Source: an uncultured delta proteobacterium
Lineage (GTDB): Bacteria > Desulfobacterota > Desulfobacteria > Desulfobacterales > JAFDCJ01
Length of the DNA: 32,000 nucleotides
Assembly (NCBI GenBank): GCA_963765595.1
Contig: CAVXXE010000004.1
Location: forward strand, 45,902 to 77,901
Direction: 5' to 3'
A program made the translations under genes and the position numbers. Positions 8,433-16,562 of this stretch are shown here, piece by piece (positions within the stretch are counted from its first letter, which is position 1; the number at the start of each line of letters is the position of its first letter). The notes below the pieces were generated by a model. It searched no databases. It worked only from the letters and a program-made list of their open reading frames with translations, and was not told the origin of the DNA.

Positions 8433-10088
8433 TCAGGTTTCTTTTGCCACTTTTTCCGCGATATTCTTTTTCAAGGTCTCTTTATTCACTTTTCCCGAGT
8501 CACCGACGGCGGGGAATTCGTCCACGACTTCGAGGCGTTCGGGAAGTTTATACATGGCCAGTTTCTTGCCTTTGAGAAATTCAACCATTTCTTCAAAGCT
8601 GAAATCCTGCCCGCCTTTGGCAATTACGTAAGCGCAGGTCCGCTCACCCATTTCGCGGTCCGGATAGCCCACGACGGCCACAGAGGCTACCTTGGGATGG
8701 TCATTGAGCAGACCTTCGATTTCCGCCGGATATATATTTTGACCGCCGCGAATGATCATGTCCTTGGCCCGGCCCAGGATCCACAGGCATTCCTGGTCGA
8801 ATTTAACGATATCGCCGGTGGTGGTCCAGCCTGCGGGATCGAAAACAGTGGCGGTTAATTCTTCGTCACGATAGTATCCGGCCGGTGCATGGGGGCCTCT
8901 GAAATACAGGATTCCGGGTTCGCCATCGGGTACCGGTTCGCCGGTATCCTTGTCCAGCAGACGCACCTTGTTGCCCGGCAGCATCCGCCCGACGGTCCGG
9001 CGGCGAAGATCTTTAGAATCTTCCACCCGGCAGCCCGAAACCGATCCCATATCCTGGGTTCCCAGATCACTGGTGATATTGGCACCGAAGGCCGTTTCGG
9101 CTTCTTCGGCGATCTGGGGCGAAAGATAGCCGCCGGCGGAACGGATAAAGCGCAAGGAACTTAAATCGTACTTGGAGGCGTCGACTTCGAGCATTCTGAC
9201 CAAATGGGTCGGCACCACACCGATGGCAGTGGCTTTCTCCTTTTCGATCAGGGCTAAAGCGGCCTCCGGCTCAAATTCCTCCAGCATGACCGTCTTGGCG
9301 CCGGCCAGGGGAGCGGCAAAATAGGTGAGGGTACCGGCGGCACCACCGGCATGGGGTGCAATCGCCATGGTGGTATCTTTGTGGGTAAGACCCCAGATAT
9401 CCACGCGGCCTTTTGAGGTACAGACGCGGGGGGCCGTGGGCCATTCCACCAGTTTGGGTATGCCGGTGGTTCCCGATGTCGTTGTCAGCAAGGCCACATC
9501 GGAAATTGGGTCCAATCGGCGCGCATTGAGGGTATCTTCGTCAATGGGCTTATCAGCGGCAGCCTGCGCTAATTGGGTTAGCGAATAGGTTCCCTCCGGT
9601 GCGCCTTCCGGAACTTCGTCGTCGAAAAGAAAAATCTTTTCCAAATGCGGAAATTTTTTCTGAAGTTCCCGGTACATTTCAAGATAATTGAAGTTGCGAT
9701 ATTCATTTAGAATCACAACGGCGGCGGCCTCGGTTCTTTCCACCATGTAAGTCAGCTCTCTTTCCCGCAAATACGGATAGACGGTCAGAGAAATAAGCCC
9801 GGCCCTTTCAGCAGCGATGCGTGCCAGGAACCCGTACACACTGTTGGGTGATTGAATGATGATTCGCGACGATTTAGGTATACCCATTTCAACCCATGTA
9901 TAGGCAATGGCATCCACCAGTTTTTTAGCCTCGGCCCAGGTGACGCGGTACTTGGAATCCACCAGGGCCTCCTGGTCACCCAATTCCCGGGCGTTTCTTT
10001 CCCAGAAATCATAAAAAAGCTCCCGGGTCCAGTATCCTTCATTAAAAAATTCGTCCACCATTTCTTTTTTATAGCGAATCGGTTTCAA
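8433..10088 (-). CDS. AMP-forming aryl/acyl-CoA ligase (adenylate-forming superfamily; EntE/AliA-like N-terminus)
   Basis: 551 aa. Motifs TTTSGTTGIPKLV, GDIVKFDQECLWILGRAKDMIIRGGQNIYPAEIE and a C-terminal SGKVNK lysine. TTG start at 10086-10088 with SD AAGGAG about 7 nt upstream. Confidence 0.85.
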   Translation of the reverse strand: MKPIRYKKEMVDEFFNEGYWTRELFYDFWERNARELGDQEALVDSKYRVTWAEAKKLVDAIAYTWVEMGIPKSSRIIIQSPNSVYGFLARIAAERAGLISLTVYPYLRERELTYMVERTEAAAVVILNEYRNFNYLEMYRELQKKFPHLEKIFLFDDEVPEGAPEGTYSLTQLAQAAADKPIDEDTLNARRLDPISDVALLTTTSGTTGIPKLVEWPTAPRVCTSKGRVDIWGLTHKDTTMAIAPHAGGAAGTLTYFAAPLAGAKTVMLEEFEPEAALALIEKEKATAIGVVPTHLVRMLEVDASKYDLSSLRFIRSAGGYLSPQIAEEAETAFGANITSDLGTQDMGSVSGCRVEDSKDLRRRTVGRMLPGNKVRLLDKDTGEPVPDGEPGILYFRGPHAPAGYYRDEELTATVFDPAGWTTTGDIVKFDQECLWILGRAKDMIIRGGQNIYPAEIEGLLNDHPKVASVAVVGYPDREMGERTCAYVIAKGGQDFSFEEMVEFLKGKKLAMYKLPERLEVVDEFPAVGDSGKVNKETLKKNIAEKVAKET

Positions 10089-10274
10089 AGTAGATCTCCT
10101 TCTTTGGATTCTTAGTAAGCGTTCACAGGTTCATTGCTTTTTCCTGGATTTTACACCTGCCCTGAATTTGTCCCAGAAATCCTTGTCCGTATCCTTTAAG
10201 TAAATAAAATACCTTGTAAATTATTACGTTGTGGATCTACGAACTCTGTGGTGGATATTAATTTACAATGCTGA

Positions 10275-10307
10275 GGCCCATAGCATGAAAATGAACTGCT
10301 ATGGGCC
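10275..10307 (-). other. Perfect 11-bp stem hairpin (GGCCCATAGCA / TGCTATGGGCC, 11-nt loop) between the UbiD-like stop and the ligase start
   Basis: Read directly from the sequence. It starts 16 nt downstream of the UbiD-like stop on the minus strand. No U-run follows, so it is not a canonical terminator. Confidence 0.45.
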
Positions 10308-10322
10308 ATCATCTATGGGCTA

Positions 10323-11744
10323 TCAGCAGACAACTTTATCCAATCCCAGTTCCGACCAGCGGCCCTTGACTCTTTCAACGATTTCAGGATCCAATTCGAT
10401 GGGGATCGGTTTATCTTTCCAGTCATAGGGGATGGTGGCGTCCAACAGCAGCCTGCCGGTGATTTCTCTAGCGTTGATGGGTAGGGATGGATCCAGCGGT
10501 GTGGATCGTCCGCGTTTGATGACCTGAGAGCGATTGGGCTGAAAGCGGAAGCTCAAGGCGTACATGACCCGGGGGATATCCCAGGGATCGATGTCTTCAT
10601 CGACCACGATCACGGTTTTAAGCCCATAGGCACCCATCTCGGTAGAGATGGCGGCGGTCAGGACCTGGTCCGCGTGTCCGGGATACATCTGCTTAATTGA
10701 AATAATGGCCAGAAAACGGCCGGAGCCTTCCGGTGGGCAGTAAACGGCTTTTAATCCGGGAATTTTCATGGCCAGCAGCTGCTGCCACAGGGTGGCGCCG
10801 TAGGAGAGTGCCATGGTCATATGGGTATCGGTGACAGCCCGGCCGACGGTGGTTCCCCACAAAATCGGGTTGTTTCGGTGGGTAACGCATTTGACATCGA
10901 TAAAATTACGCGGATCGGTACCGACGCCGGAATAATAGCCGGTATACTCGCCAAACGGTCCTTCTTCCATAAATTTGTCGGCATCGACTTCGCCTTCGAT
11001 GACGATCTCTGCATGGGCCGGTATGGGCAGATCGACGGATTCTCCCTTGACCACTTCAACGGCCTCGCCGCGCAGTGCTCCGGCGACATCGTATTCCGAA
11101 GTAAAGGCGGAAATGCGGGCGGCTCCCAGGATAAAGAGCAGCGGGTCGCAACCGATCACCGAAGCCACCGGCATGGGTTTGCCCATGGCCTGGTATTTTT
11201 TCAGCATGATGTCGGCGTGTTTGCCCTTGATGAACTGGGTGCCCATCTTGTCCTTGCCAAGTAGCTGGCTGCGGTAGGTTCCCAAGTTAACCCAGCCGGT
11301 CTCGGGATCTTTGCTGATGATAAAATGGGCGGTGCCGATAAAACGTCCGCCATCCAGGGGATACCACTGGGGAACGGGGAATTTATAAAGATCGATATCA
11401 TCACCGCTTAAAATATTTTCTTTGCAGGGTGCCGCTGAGGCCGCCACTTCCTTGGGCGGTATCAGGTTCTCACCCAGTTTTGCCCATTCAACATAAAGAT
11501 CGACAAGGGTGGATTCGAGGGGCAGACCCATGATCAAAGCCAGCCTTTCGGTGGTGGTGCAAACGCTGGTGATCACCGGTGTATCATAATCTTTGACGTT
11601 TTCGAACAGCAGGGCCGGGCCGCTTTGTTCTTCATTTAATTTGGCGATATGCGACAGCTCCAGGTTCCAGTCGACTTCCGCCGTAATTCGTTTGCACAGC
11701 CCCACTTCTTCACCTTTGGCAATGAAATCTCTCATGTTTTTCAT
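10323..11744 (-). CDS. UbiD-family (de)carboxylase (prFMN-dependent family; resembles the large subunits of phenylphosphate-carboxylase-type enzymes)
   Basis: 473 aa. N-terminus MRDFIAKGEEVGLCKRITAEVDWNLELSHIAKLNEEQSGPALLFENVKDYDTPV follows the UbiD pattern (LRDF...L.RI...VD..LE...I......GPALLFEN). Length and body are consistent with the family. ubiX lies in the same gene string. Confidence 0.88.
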   Translation of the reverse strand: MKNMRDFIAKGEEVGLCKRITAEVDWNLELSHIAKLNEEQSGPALLFENVKDYDTPVITSVCTTTERLALIMGLPLESTLVDLYVEWAKLGENLIPPKEVAASAAPCKENILSGDDIDLYKFPVPQWYPLDGGRFIGTAHFIISKDPETGWVNLGTYRSQLLGKDKMGTQFIKGKHADIMLKKYQAMGKPMPVASVIGCDPLLFILGAARISAFTSEYDVAGALRGEAVEVVKGESVDLPIPAHAEIVIEGEVDADKFMEEGPFGEYTGYYSGVGTDPRNFIDVKCVTHRNNPILWGTTVGRAVTDTHMTMALSYGATLWQQLLAMKIPGLKAVYCPPEGSGRFLAIISIKQMYPGHADQVLTAAISTEMGAYGLKTVIVVDEDIDPWDIPRVMYALSFRFQPNRSQVIKRGRSTPLDPSLPINAREITGRLLLDATIPYDWKDKPIPIELDPEIVERVKGRWSELGLDKVVC

Positions 11745-11847
11745 TTCGATCCTTTTCTCCTCTTTTAATTTGGTGTTATTGTGATTATTACGTTTGTTGA
11801 GTAAATTGAGTTATATTTCACCCTAGTTGAACGACGCTCAATTAGGT

Positions 11848-11889
11848 GGTACTCGGTATTGGGTATTCGGCATTGGTTCCGCATTCCCT
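11848..11889. repeat. Degenerate tandem heptamer tract
   Basis: ggtactc ggtattg ggtattc ggcattg gttccgc attccct. Confidence 0.6.
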
Positions 11890-11967
11890 CCGGGGTTTAG
11901 GCCCCTATGGCCCCTACGGCTTCCGGCGCGTAGATAGAGCCTACAGCTCGGAGAGCCCGGAGGCCGT

Positions 11968-12023
11968 CTTCCCACTTCCAATACCTCTGCCCTTGGCCTT
12001 TAACCTTGAACCCGGAACCTTTT
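11968..12023. repeat. Degenerate tandem heptamer tract
   Basis: cttccca cttccaa tacctct gcccttg gccttta accttga acccgga acctttt. It ends 4 nt before the stop codon of the upstream minus-strand gene. Confidence 0.6.
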
Positions 12024-12027
12024 TCCT

Positions 12028-13098
12028 CTAGCTCGGAAGCTTGATCCGCTTCATCGCCTGTTCCATCAACAACTGATAACCGGTCTTTTTGCCGAGTACC
12101 GATTCCTTCTTGCGCTGGCTCCAGACGGTTTCCGGGCGTGCCTGAACAATGAAAATATTTTCCGGAAACGAAAAATCCTTGTCGATGGCCCACTCGATAT
12201 CCATGGCGCGGCCGTAGTGGGTTTCTATGGTTTTGGCTGTTTTGACCAGTTCTTTTATTTCCTGGTCCTCAAGACAGCAGGTGCACTGCATGTCTGCGGC
12301 TACATCGGCGTCGACGGTTTCTCCTTTTTCGACGTCGAAGACACACTCGATGTGTTTGGTGGAGATGGTCCGCTCATTGATCTCCCCCATGACCTTGTCG
12401 ACGACGAATTTGTCCGGGTTGACGGAGCCGGACACGACCGTTTCTCCCAAACCCCAGCTTCCTTCAAGCACGACTTTGGAAATATCCCCGTCGGTGGGAT
12501 TGAGGGTGAACATCACCCCCGCGGCCTTTGAGTTCACCATTTTCTGAACACCGACACTGATCAGTACCTTTTCATGGGGGAAGTCATTTTTAACCCGGTA
12601 GCTGATGGCCCGCGGCGTATATAGGCTGGCCCAACATTTTCGCACACTTTCATTGACCCGCTCAGCACTCGTTATCCAAAGGTAAGTGTCCTGCTGTCCG
12701 GCAAAACTGGCCGTAGGCAGATCTTCCGCGGTCGCGCTGGATCTTACCGCTACCGGAAGGGCATCAACCTCGCATTTTTTGCAAAGCAGAGAATATCCGT
12801 CCGCGATCGCCTTTTGGACATCATCAGGGATGACCGCCGTCCTGATCATTTCCTGGATTTTTTCGGCGACCTGGTTAAGCGCATCGATATTATCGGGATC
12901 CAGATCCGCCAGGAGGCTGAAAATTGTATTATTTATCCCGGCTTTCTCCATAAATACCGCATAACTGCTGGTGGTGACGGCAAATCCTGGAGGAACCCGA
13001 ATACCGGCATTGATCAACTCTCCCAGACTGGCATTTTTACCGCCAACCACCGGCAGCAAACTTTTATTCAGTTTGCGAAAATTCAGGATTAAATCCAT
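12028..13098 (-). CDS. PEP/pyruvate-binding (ATP-grasp, PPDK_N-type) protein; phenylphosphate-synthase small (about 40 kDa) subunit-like
   Basis: VVGGKNASLGELI and VAVRSSATAEDLPTASFAGQQDTYL match the nucleotide-binding N-terminal domain of PEP synthase. I place the start at the internal ATG 13096-13098 (MDLILNFRKL...) because SD AGGAGA lies 7 nt upstream. The longer track ORF to 13194 adds a basic, non-homologous extension. Confidence 0.8.
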   Translation of the reverse strand: MDLILNFRKLNKSLLPVVGGKNASLGELINAGIRVPPGFAVTTSSYAVFMEKAGINNTIFSLLADLDPDNIDALNQVAEKIQEMIRTAVIPDDVQKAIADGYSLLCKKCEVDALPVAVRSSATAEDLPTASFAGQQDTYLWITSAERVNESVRKCWASLYTPRAISYRVKNDFPHEKVLISVGVQKMVNSKAAGVMFTLNPTDGDISKVVLEGSWGLGETVVSGSVNPDKFVVDKVMGEINERTISTKHIECVFDVEKGETVDADVAADMQCTCCLEDQEIKELVKTAKTIETHYGRAMDIEWAIDKDFSFPENIFIVQARPETVWSQRKKESVLGKKTGYQLLMEQAMKRIKLPS

Positions 13099-13146
13099 TA
13101 TTATTCTCCTGCAGAATCTCCGAAATCTTTTATATTGCTTCCAAGA

Positions 13147-13170
13147 CCCCCTCCCCGGTCGGGGAAGGGG
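13147..13170 (-). other. GC-rich intercistronic hairpin (CCCCTCCCC-ggtc-GGGGAAGGGG)
   Basis: Read directly from the sequence. It lies in the 125-nt spacer between the two synthase-like genes. Confidence 0.4.
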
Positions 13171-13223
13171 TGCGAAGGTTGCAGTATTACTCATCTCTAC
13201 AAGGGTACTCGAACCGGTGCTGT

Positions 13224-15086
13224 TTAACTCGCTCTTTCGACAATCGTGACAACACCGGTATCACCATCGACTTTGACAATATCACCGGTTTTAATAGCGG
13301 CGGTGGCGATACCGCAGCCGGTTACCGAAGGCACACCATATTCACGGCAGACAATCGCCGCATGGCTGGTCAGCCCGCCGATGTCGGTTACCGCGGCCTT
13401 GATATTGGTGAAGACCGGGGCCCAGGATGGATTGGTCGACGGGCAAACCAAGACCTCACCCGGCTGCAGGTCGACAATGTCCTTGAGCCGCTTGAGAACC
13501 CGCGCCGGACCTTCAGCCACGCCGGCCGAAGAGGCAAAACCCTTGATTTCAGACATGTCCGCACCTGCCGTCGTGTCGACCCCTTTGAGCCATTCCTTGA
13601 CCTTGTCGGTGGTGATCCCCCACAGCATGATGGTGAACGGCTCGGCCACTTCTTCGGGTGGCACGCCCAGGGCCGGTGTCGGATTCCATTCGACGGCCGC
13701 CTCGAGGATCTTTCTGCGTTTCGCGGCCTTGGATTTATAGTATTCATCCCTGACCGGTATATCCACGCCCAGAGCCCAGGCGGTTGCAACTTCAGTCAGA
13801 AGCTGCGGAATTTCGTAACGGTTGAACATAAATATGTCGTCGACATCATCAATCATTCCGTTGTCAACCAGGACCGATCCAATTTGCCTGATTTTTTTAT
13901 ACCAAATGGTATGGAACCAATGCTCTACCCAGAAGAGATGATCCTCGGCATAGCGGTAGATGGTTCTGATGGTGTTATAGGCATCATCAAAGGCTTTGCG
14001 GTCGTCGTCGGTTTGTATCATCTTGCGGTACTCGGCGACAATTTCATTGCGTTCCTTCTCGATCCCATCCAGGGAGCGCTCGATGGTTTCGCCTTTTTCA
14101 AGCCTTTCGACATAACCTTTGATATAGCTATAGGGAATGTCCAAATCAGTCAGCCAGCTGCCTTCGTGATGGTACCAGCCGCTGCCACAGGATACGTAAA
14201 ACCAGGGGTCACTTGACTTTTCATATTCGGCCAGCCAGTTTTTGCCGGCTTCTGATTGTTGAAGTTCAGCAATCTTCTCGGCGGCGGATTTTGTGCTCTT
14301 GAGAATGCTGCCCACGCCATCCGCCGAAACTGCCAGCCGGGCCAGGCGGCAAAGCTCTTCTTCGGGGCGGAACATGGAAACATAGGCGCCGGCCACCATC
14401 TTGCCGATGGCACTTTCGCTGATCCCGGGAAAAAGCTTACGGGACACATCGCCAAACATCAGATAGGCCAGATAGGTCAAGTTGAGCATTTCGAAATGAT
14501 ATTGCCAACCTTTGAACATCTGGTTGACCAGCTTGTCGAAGGACTCGATCAGGTCGTAACCTTCATAATACCCCGTGGGGGCCGGAAAAACCTTGTCATC
14601 GGGGACGTATTTAGGCAATTCCGCGGGGATCTGAACGGCCCTCATTTCTTCCCCCAGGGCCTTGAATTTCGTCAGCCATTTGTCCCACAATTCATCGTAG
14701 TGTTCAAAGACATAAAATACCCGTTTTTCAAAATGGGCGGCTTTTTCAGCGATAATTTCATCGGGCGGCGGGGCAATCGCGCAGATATACAGGTAGCAGC
14801 CCACCAACCGCTGGGCAATTCCCTGGGCCGGAGGGATGCAAAATACGCGGGTCGTATACTGTGACAATGAAATCTGCCAGGCTTCCTGAAAGATTAAATC
14901 CAGCGGCGGCAGTGGTTCGGGTGCGTGGATTTTGTCCGCATACCAGAATTGGGCCTTTTCCCAATCGGCTCGATCCTGTGAGAATAGGTGATGGGTGGGA
15001 TACATTTCCTCCCAGCCTTCAAGCTCCGGGGGGACTTTAAACTCGTGAGGGTCCGGAAATCTGCCTTCATTATCTGCCATTTTCAT
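13224..15086 (-). CDS. PEP-utilising enzyme, mobile phosphohistidine-domain protein; phenylphosphate-synthase large (about 70 kDa) subunit-like
   Basis: 620 aa. The C-terminal swivel-domain motif DIGGLTSHAAIVCREYGVPSVTG carries the catalytic-type His (about residue 575 by my count). The large N-terminal region is not PEP-synthase-like. The true start may be the second ATG at 15080, which has AGGAGA 6 nt upstream. Confidence 0.8.
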   Translation of the reverse strand: MKMADNEGRFPDPHEFKVPPELEGWEEMYPTHHLFSQDRADWEKAQFWYADKIHAPEPLPPLDLIFQEAWQISLSQYTTRVFCIPPAQGIAQRLVGCYLYICAIAPPPDEIIAEKAAHFEKRVFYVFEHYDELWDKWLTKFKALGEEMRAVQIPAELPKYVPDDKVFPAPTGYYEGYDLIESFDKLVNQMFKGWQYHFEMLNLTYLAYLMFGDVSRKLFPGISESAIGKMVAGAYVSMFRPEEELCRLARLAVSADGVGSILKSTKSAAEKIAELQQSEAGKNWLAEYEKSSDPWFYVSCGSGWYHHEGSWLTDLDIPYSYIKGYVERLEKGETIERSLDGIEKERNEIVAEYRKMIQTDDDRKAFDDAYNTIRTIYRYAEDHLFWVEHWFHTIWYKKIRQIGSVLVDNGMIDDVDDIFMFNRYEIPQLLTEVATAWALGVDIPVRDEYYKSKAAKRRKILEAAVEWNPTPALGVPPEEVAEPFTIMLWGITTDKVKEWLKGVDTTAGADMSEIKGFASSAGVAEGPARVLKRLKDIVDLQPGEVLVCPSTNPSWAPVFTNIKAAVTDIGGLTSHAAIVCREYGVPSVTGCGIATAAIKTGDIVKVDGDTGVVTIVERAS

Positions 15087-15317
15087 TCTCCTTTTTAATT
15101 AGATTAAATGATATTAGAAAGAGCCTAGATGGGCTCATAAACAGAGAGTTGTCTGTGCCGGCTATAAGGATGGGTGAAGCACCGGAGAACGAAAATATGA
15201 ATCAAATTGCAAGACGACAGAGCCATAGAGCTCTCAAATCAGGTGATTATGAAGAATAATTATTTTTTTATGAACGAATAGTAAAAAACTGTCAATCTAA
15301 TTATATTTATGCTATTG

Positions 15318-15332
15318 ATAAGTTTTACTTAT
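15318..15332. promoter_or_regulatory. LysR-type T-N11-A palindrome ATAAG-TTTTA-CTTAT
   Basis: Perfect 5-bp arms, ending 39 nt upstream of the LysR GTG start. It lies inside the 285-nt divergent spacer shared with the synthase operon. Confidence 0.35.
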
Positions 15333-15371
15333 GGTAGGGATACATATATAAAAATTGCTTAGGCAAATATC

Positions 15372-16331
15372 GTGCTGAACTTTAACCAACTGCGGGTGTT
15401 TTACCACGCTGCAAAAAATTTGAATTTTACCATGGCGGCCAATGAGCTCTTTATTACCCAGCCGGCGGTGACATTTCAGATGAAGGCTTTTGAAGAGTTC
15501 TGCAATTTGAAACTTTTTAAAAAGAGGGCACGGCGGTTGTTTTTAACTGATGAGGGCCGGGCGCTTCTTGAATACGCTGAAAAAATTTTTAAATATGAAA
15601 AAGAAATCGAAAATGTCATCGAAGACATGCGGGAACTCAAACGAGGTGTCCTCAGTCTGGGTACCACCAAAGCCTATGCCCGCTATTTCATGCCGCTGAT
15701 GCTAAGCACCTTTCACCAAAAATTTCCCAAGATAAAAATCCAACTGAATGAAGGCAGTTCCCTGGACATGACCTATAGTCTGCTTGATTTTAAAATCGAG
15801 GTGGCCGTGGTCGCCAAAGCCGGGGAGCTGCCCGAAGTTGATTTTTTTCCTTTCAGCAAGGAAGAAATGGCGATCATCGTGGCTCCAGACCATCATTTTA
15901 CAAAGAAAAGGTCCATCGCTTTTAAAGACCTCGCCAATGAGCCATTCATCATGAAGGAGCAAGGCTCGGGAACCCGCAAATTGGTTGAAGAATTATTTTC
16001 AGATGCAGACTGCGCACCGGATATTCTGATGGAAACCAGCAACACCGAATTTATCAAGCAGCTGGTCCAGCGTGGTGAAGGAATTTCTTTTTTAGTGAAA
16101 GAAGCGGTGGCGGCTGAGATTGAGGAGAAAAAATTGGCCCAGGTGGCGCTGAAAGGCCGCCCACTTTTTTTAGACGTCAGCATTGCCTATCTTAAAGGTC
16201 AGGTGCTTTCACCGCCTGCCAGGGCATTCGTGGACACTCTCAGAAATTTGAAAACCGATGATGAGGAAATGCACCCCATGGGAATCGGGTTGATGATGGC
16301 CAAAATTCTTGCCCAACGGAAAACCAGATGA
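15372..16331 (+). CDS. LysR-family transcriptional regulator
   Basis: 319 aa. N-terminal HTH LNFNQLRVFYHAAKNLNFTMAANELFITQPAVTFQMKAFEE followed by a LysR substrate-binding domain. GTG start. Confidence 0.85.
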   Translation: MLNFNQLRVFYHAAKNLNFTMAANELFITQPAVTFQMKAFEEFCNLKLFKKRARRLFLTDEGRALLEYAEKIFKYEKEIENVIEDMRELKRGVLSLGTTKAYARYFMPLMLSTFHQKFPKIKIQLNEGSSLDMTYSLLDFKIEVAVVAKAGELPEVDFFPFSKEEMAIIVAPDHHFTKKRSIAFKDLANEPFIMKEQGSGTRKLVEELFSDADCAPDILMETSNTEFIKQLVQRGEGISFLVKEAVAAEIEEKKLAQVALKGRPLFLDVSIAYLKGQVLSPPARAFVDTLRNLKTDDEEMHPMGIGLMMAKILAQRKTR

Positions 16332-16457
16332 CGGATGACTGAGAATCTTGAATGCGAAAGTCGGAATGCGGAAGGCGGAATAGAGAAACAGAGGACAGAT
16401 GACGGATGAGGGCAGGGAGCATGGCGCATGGGGCATAGAGCAGAGCTCGCTTTTCGC
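16325..16457. repeat. Purine-rich degenerate heptamer array (array D)
   Basis: Units from 16332: cggatga ctgagaa tcttgaa tgcgaaa gtcggaa tgcggaa ggcggaa tagagaa acagagg acagatg acggatg agggcag ggagcat ggcgcat ggggcat agagcag agctcgc ttttcgc. By hand count about 71 of 119 positions are identical at lag 7. A 14-nt direct repeat, cagatgacggatga, occurs at 16325 and 16396. Confidence 0.7.
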
Positions 16458-16562
16458 CATTTAATGATTTTAGCAACCAAACTGACGAAAGAACACGAAA
16501 CATATTCGTTGCGCCACAAATGCACAAAGACGCGAACATGAACTCTTCCAAGGTCAGCAATT

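Noticed and set aside
13099-13194. The 32-codon N-terminal extension of ORF 12028..13194.
   Set aside because: The extension is basic and non-homologous, and it covers the GC hairpin. The internal ATG at 13098 has a good SD and begins where similarity to PEP-synthase N-domains begins.
16325-16457. The possibility that the repeat arrays are CRISPR arrays.
   Set aside because: The units are 7 nt, contiguous and degenerate, with no unique spacers of 25-40 nt between them. No cas genes are present in the window.
5423-16562. Spacer lengths that are exact multiples of 7: 161 nt at 5423-5583, 147 nt at 6757-6903 and 231 nt at 16332-16562.
   Set aside because: Only 3 of the 9 spacers I measured are multiples of 7, which is not clearly above chance. 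In the 231-nt spacer the periodicity is real only for the first 126 nt or so by my unit-by-unit count.
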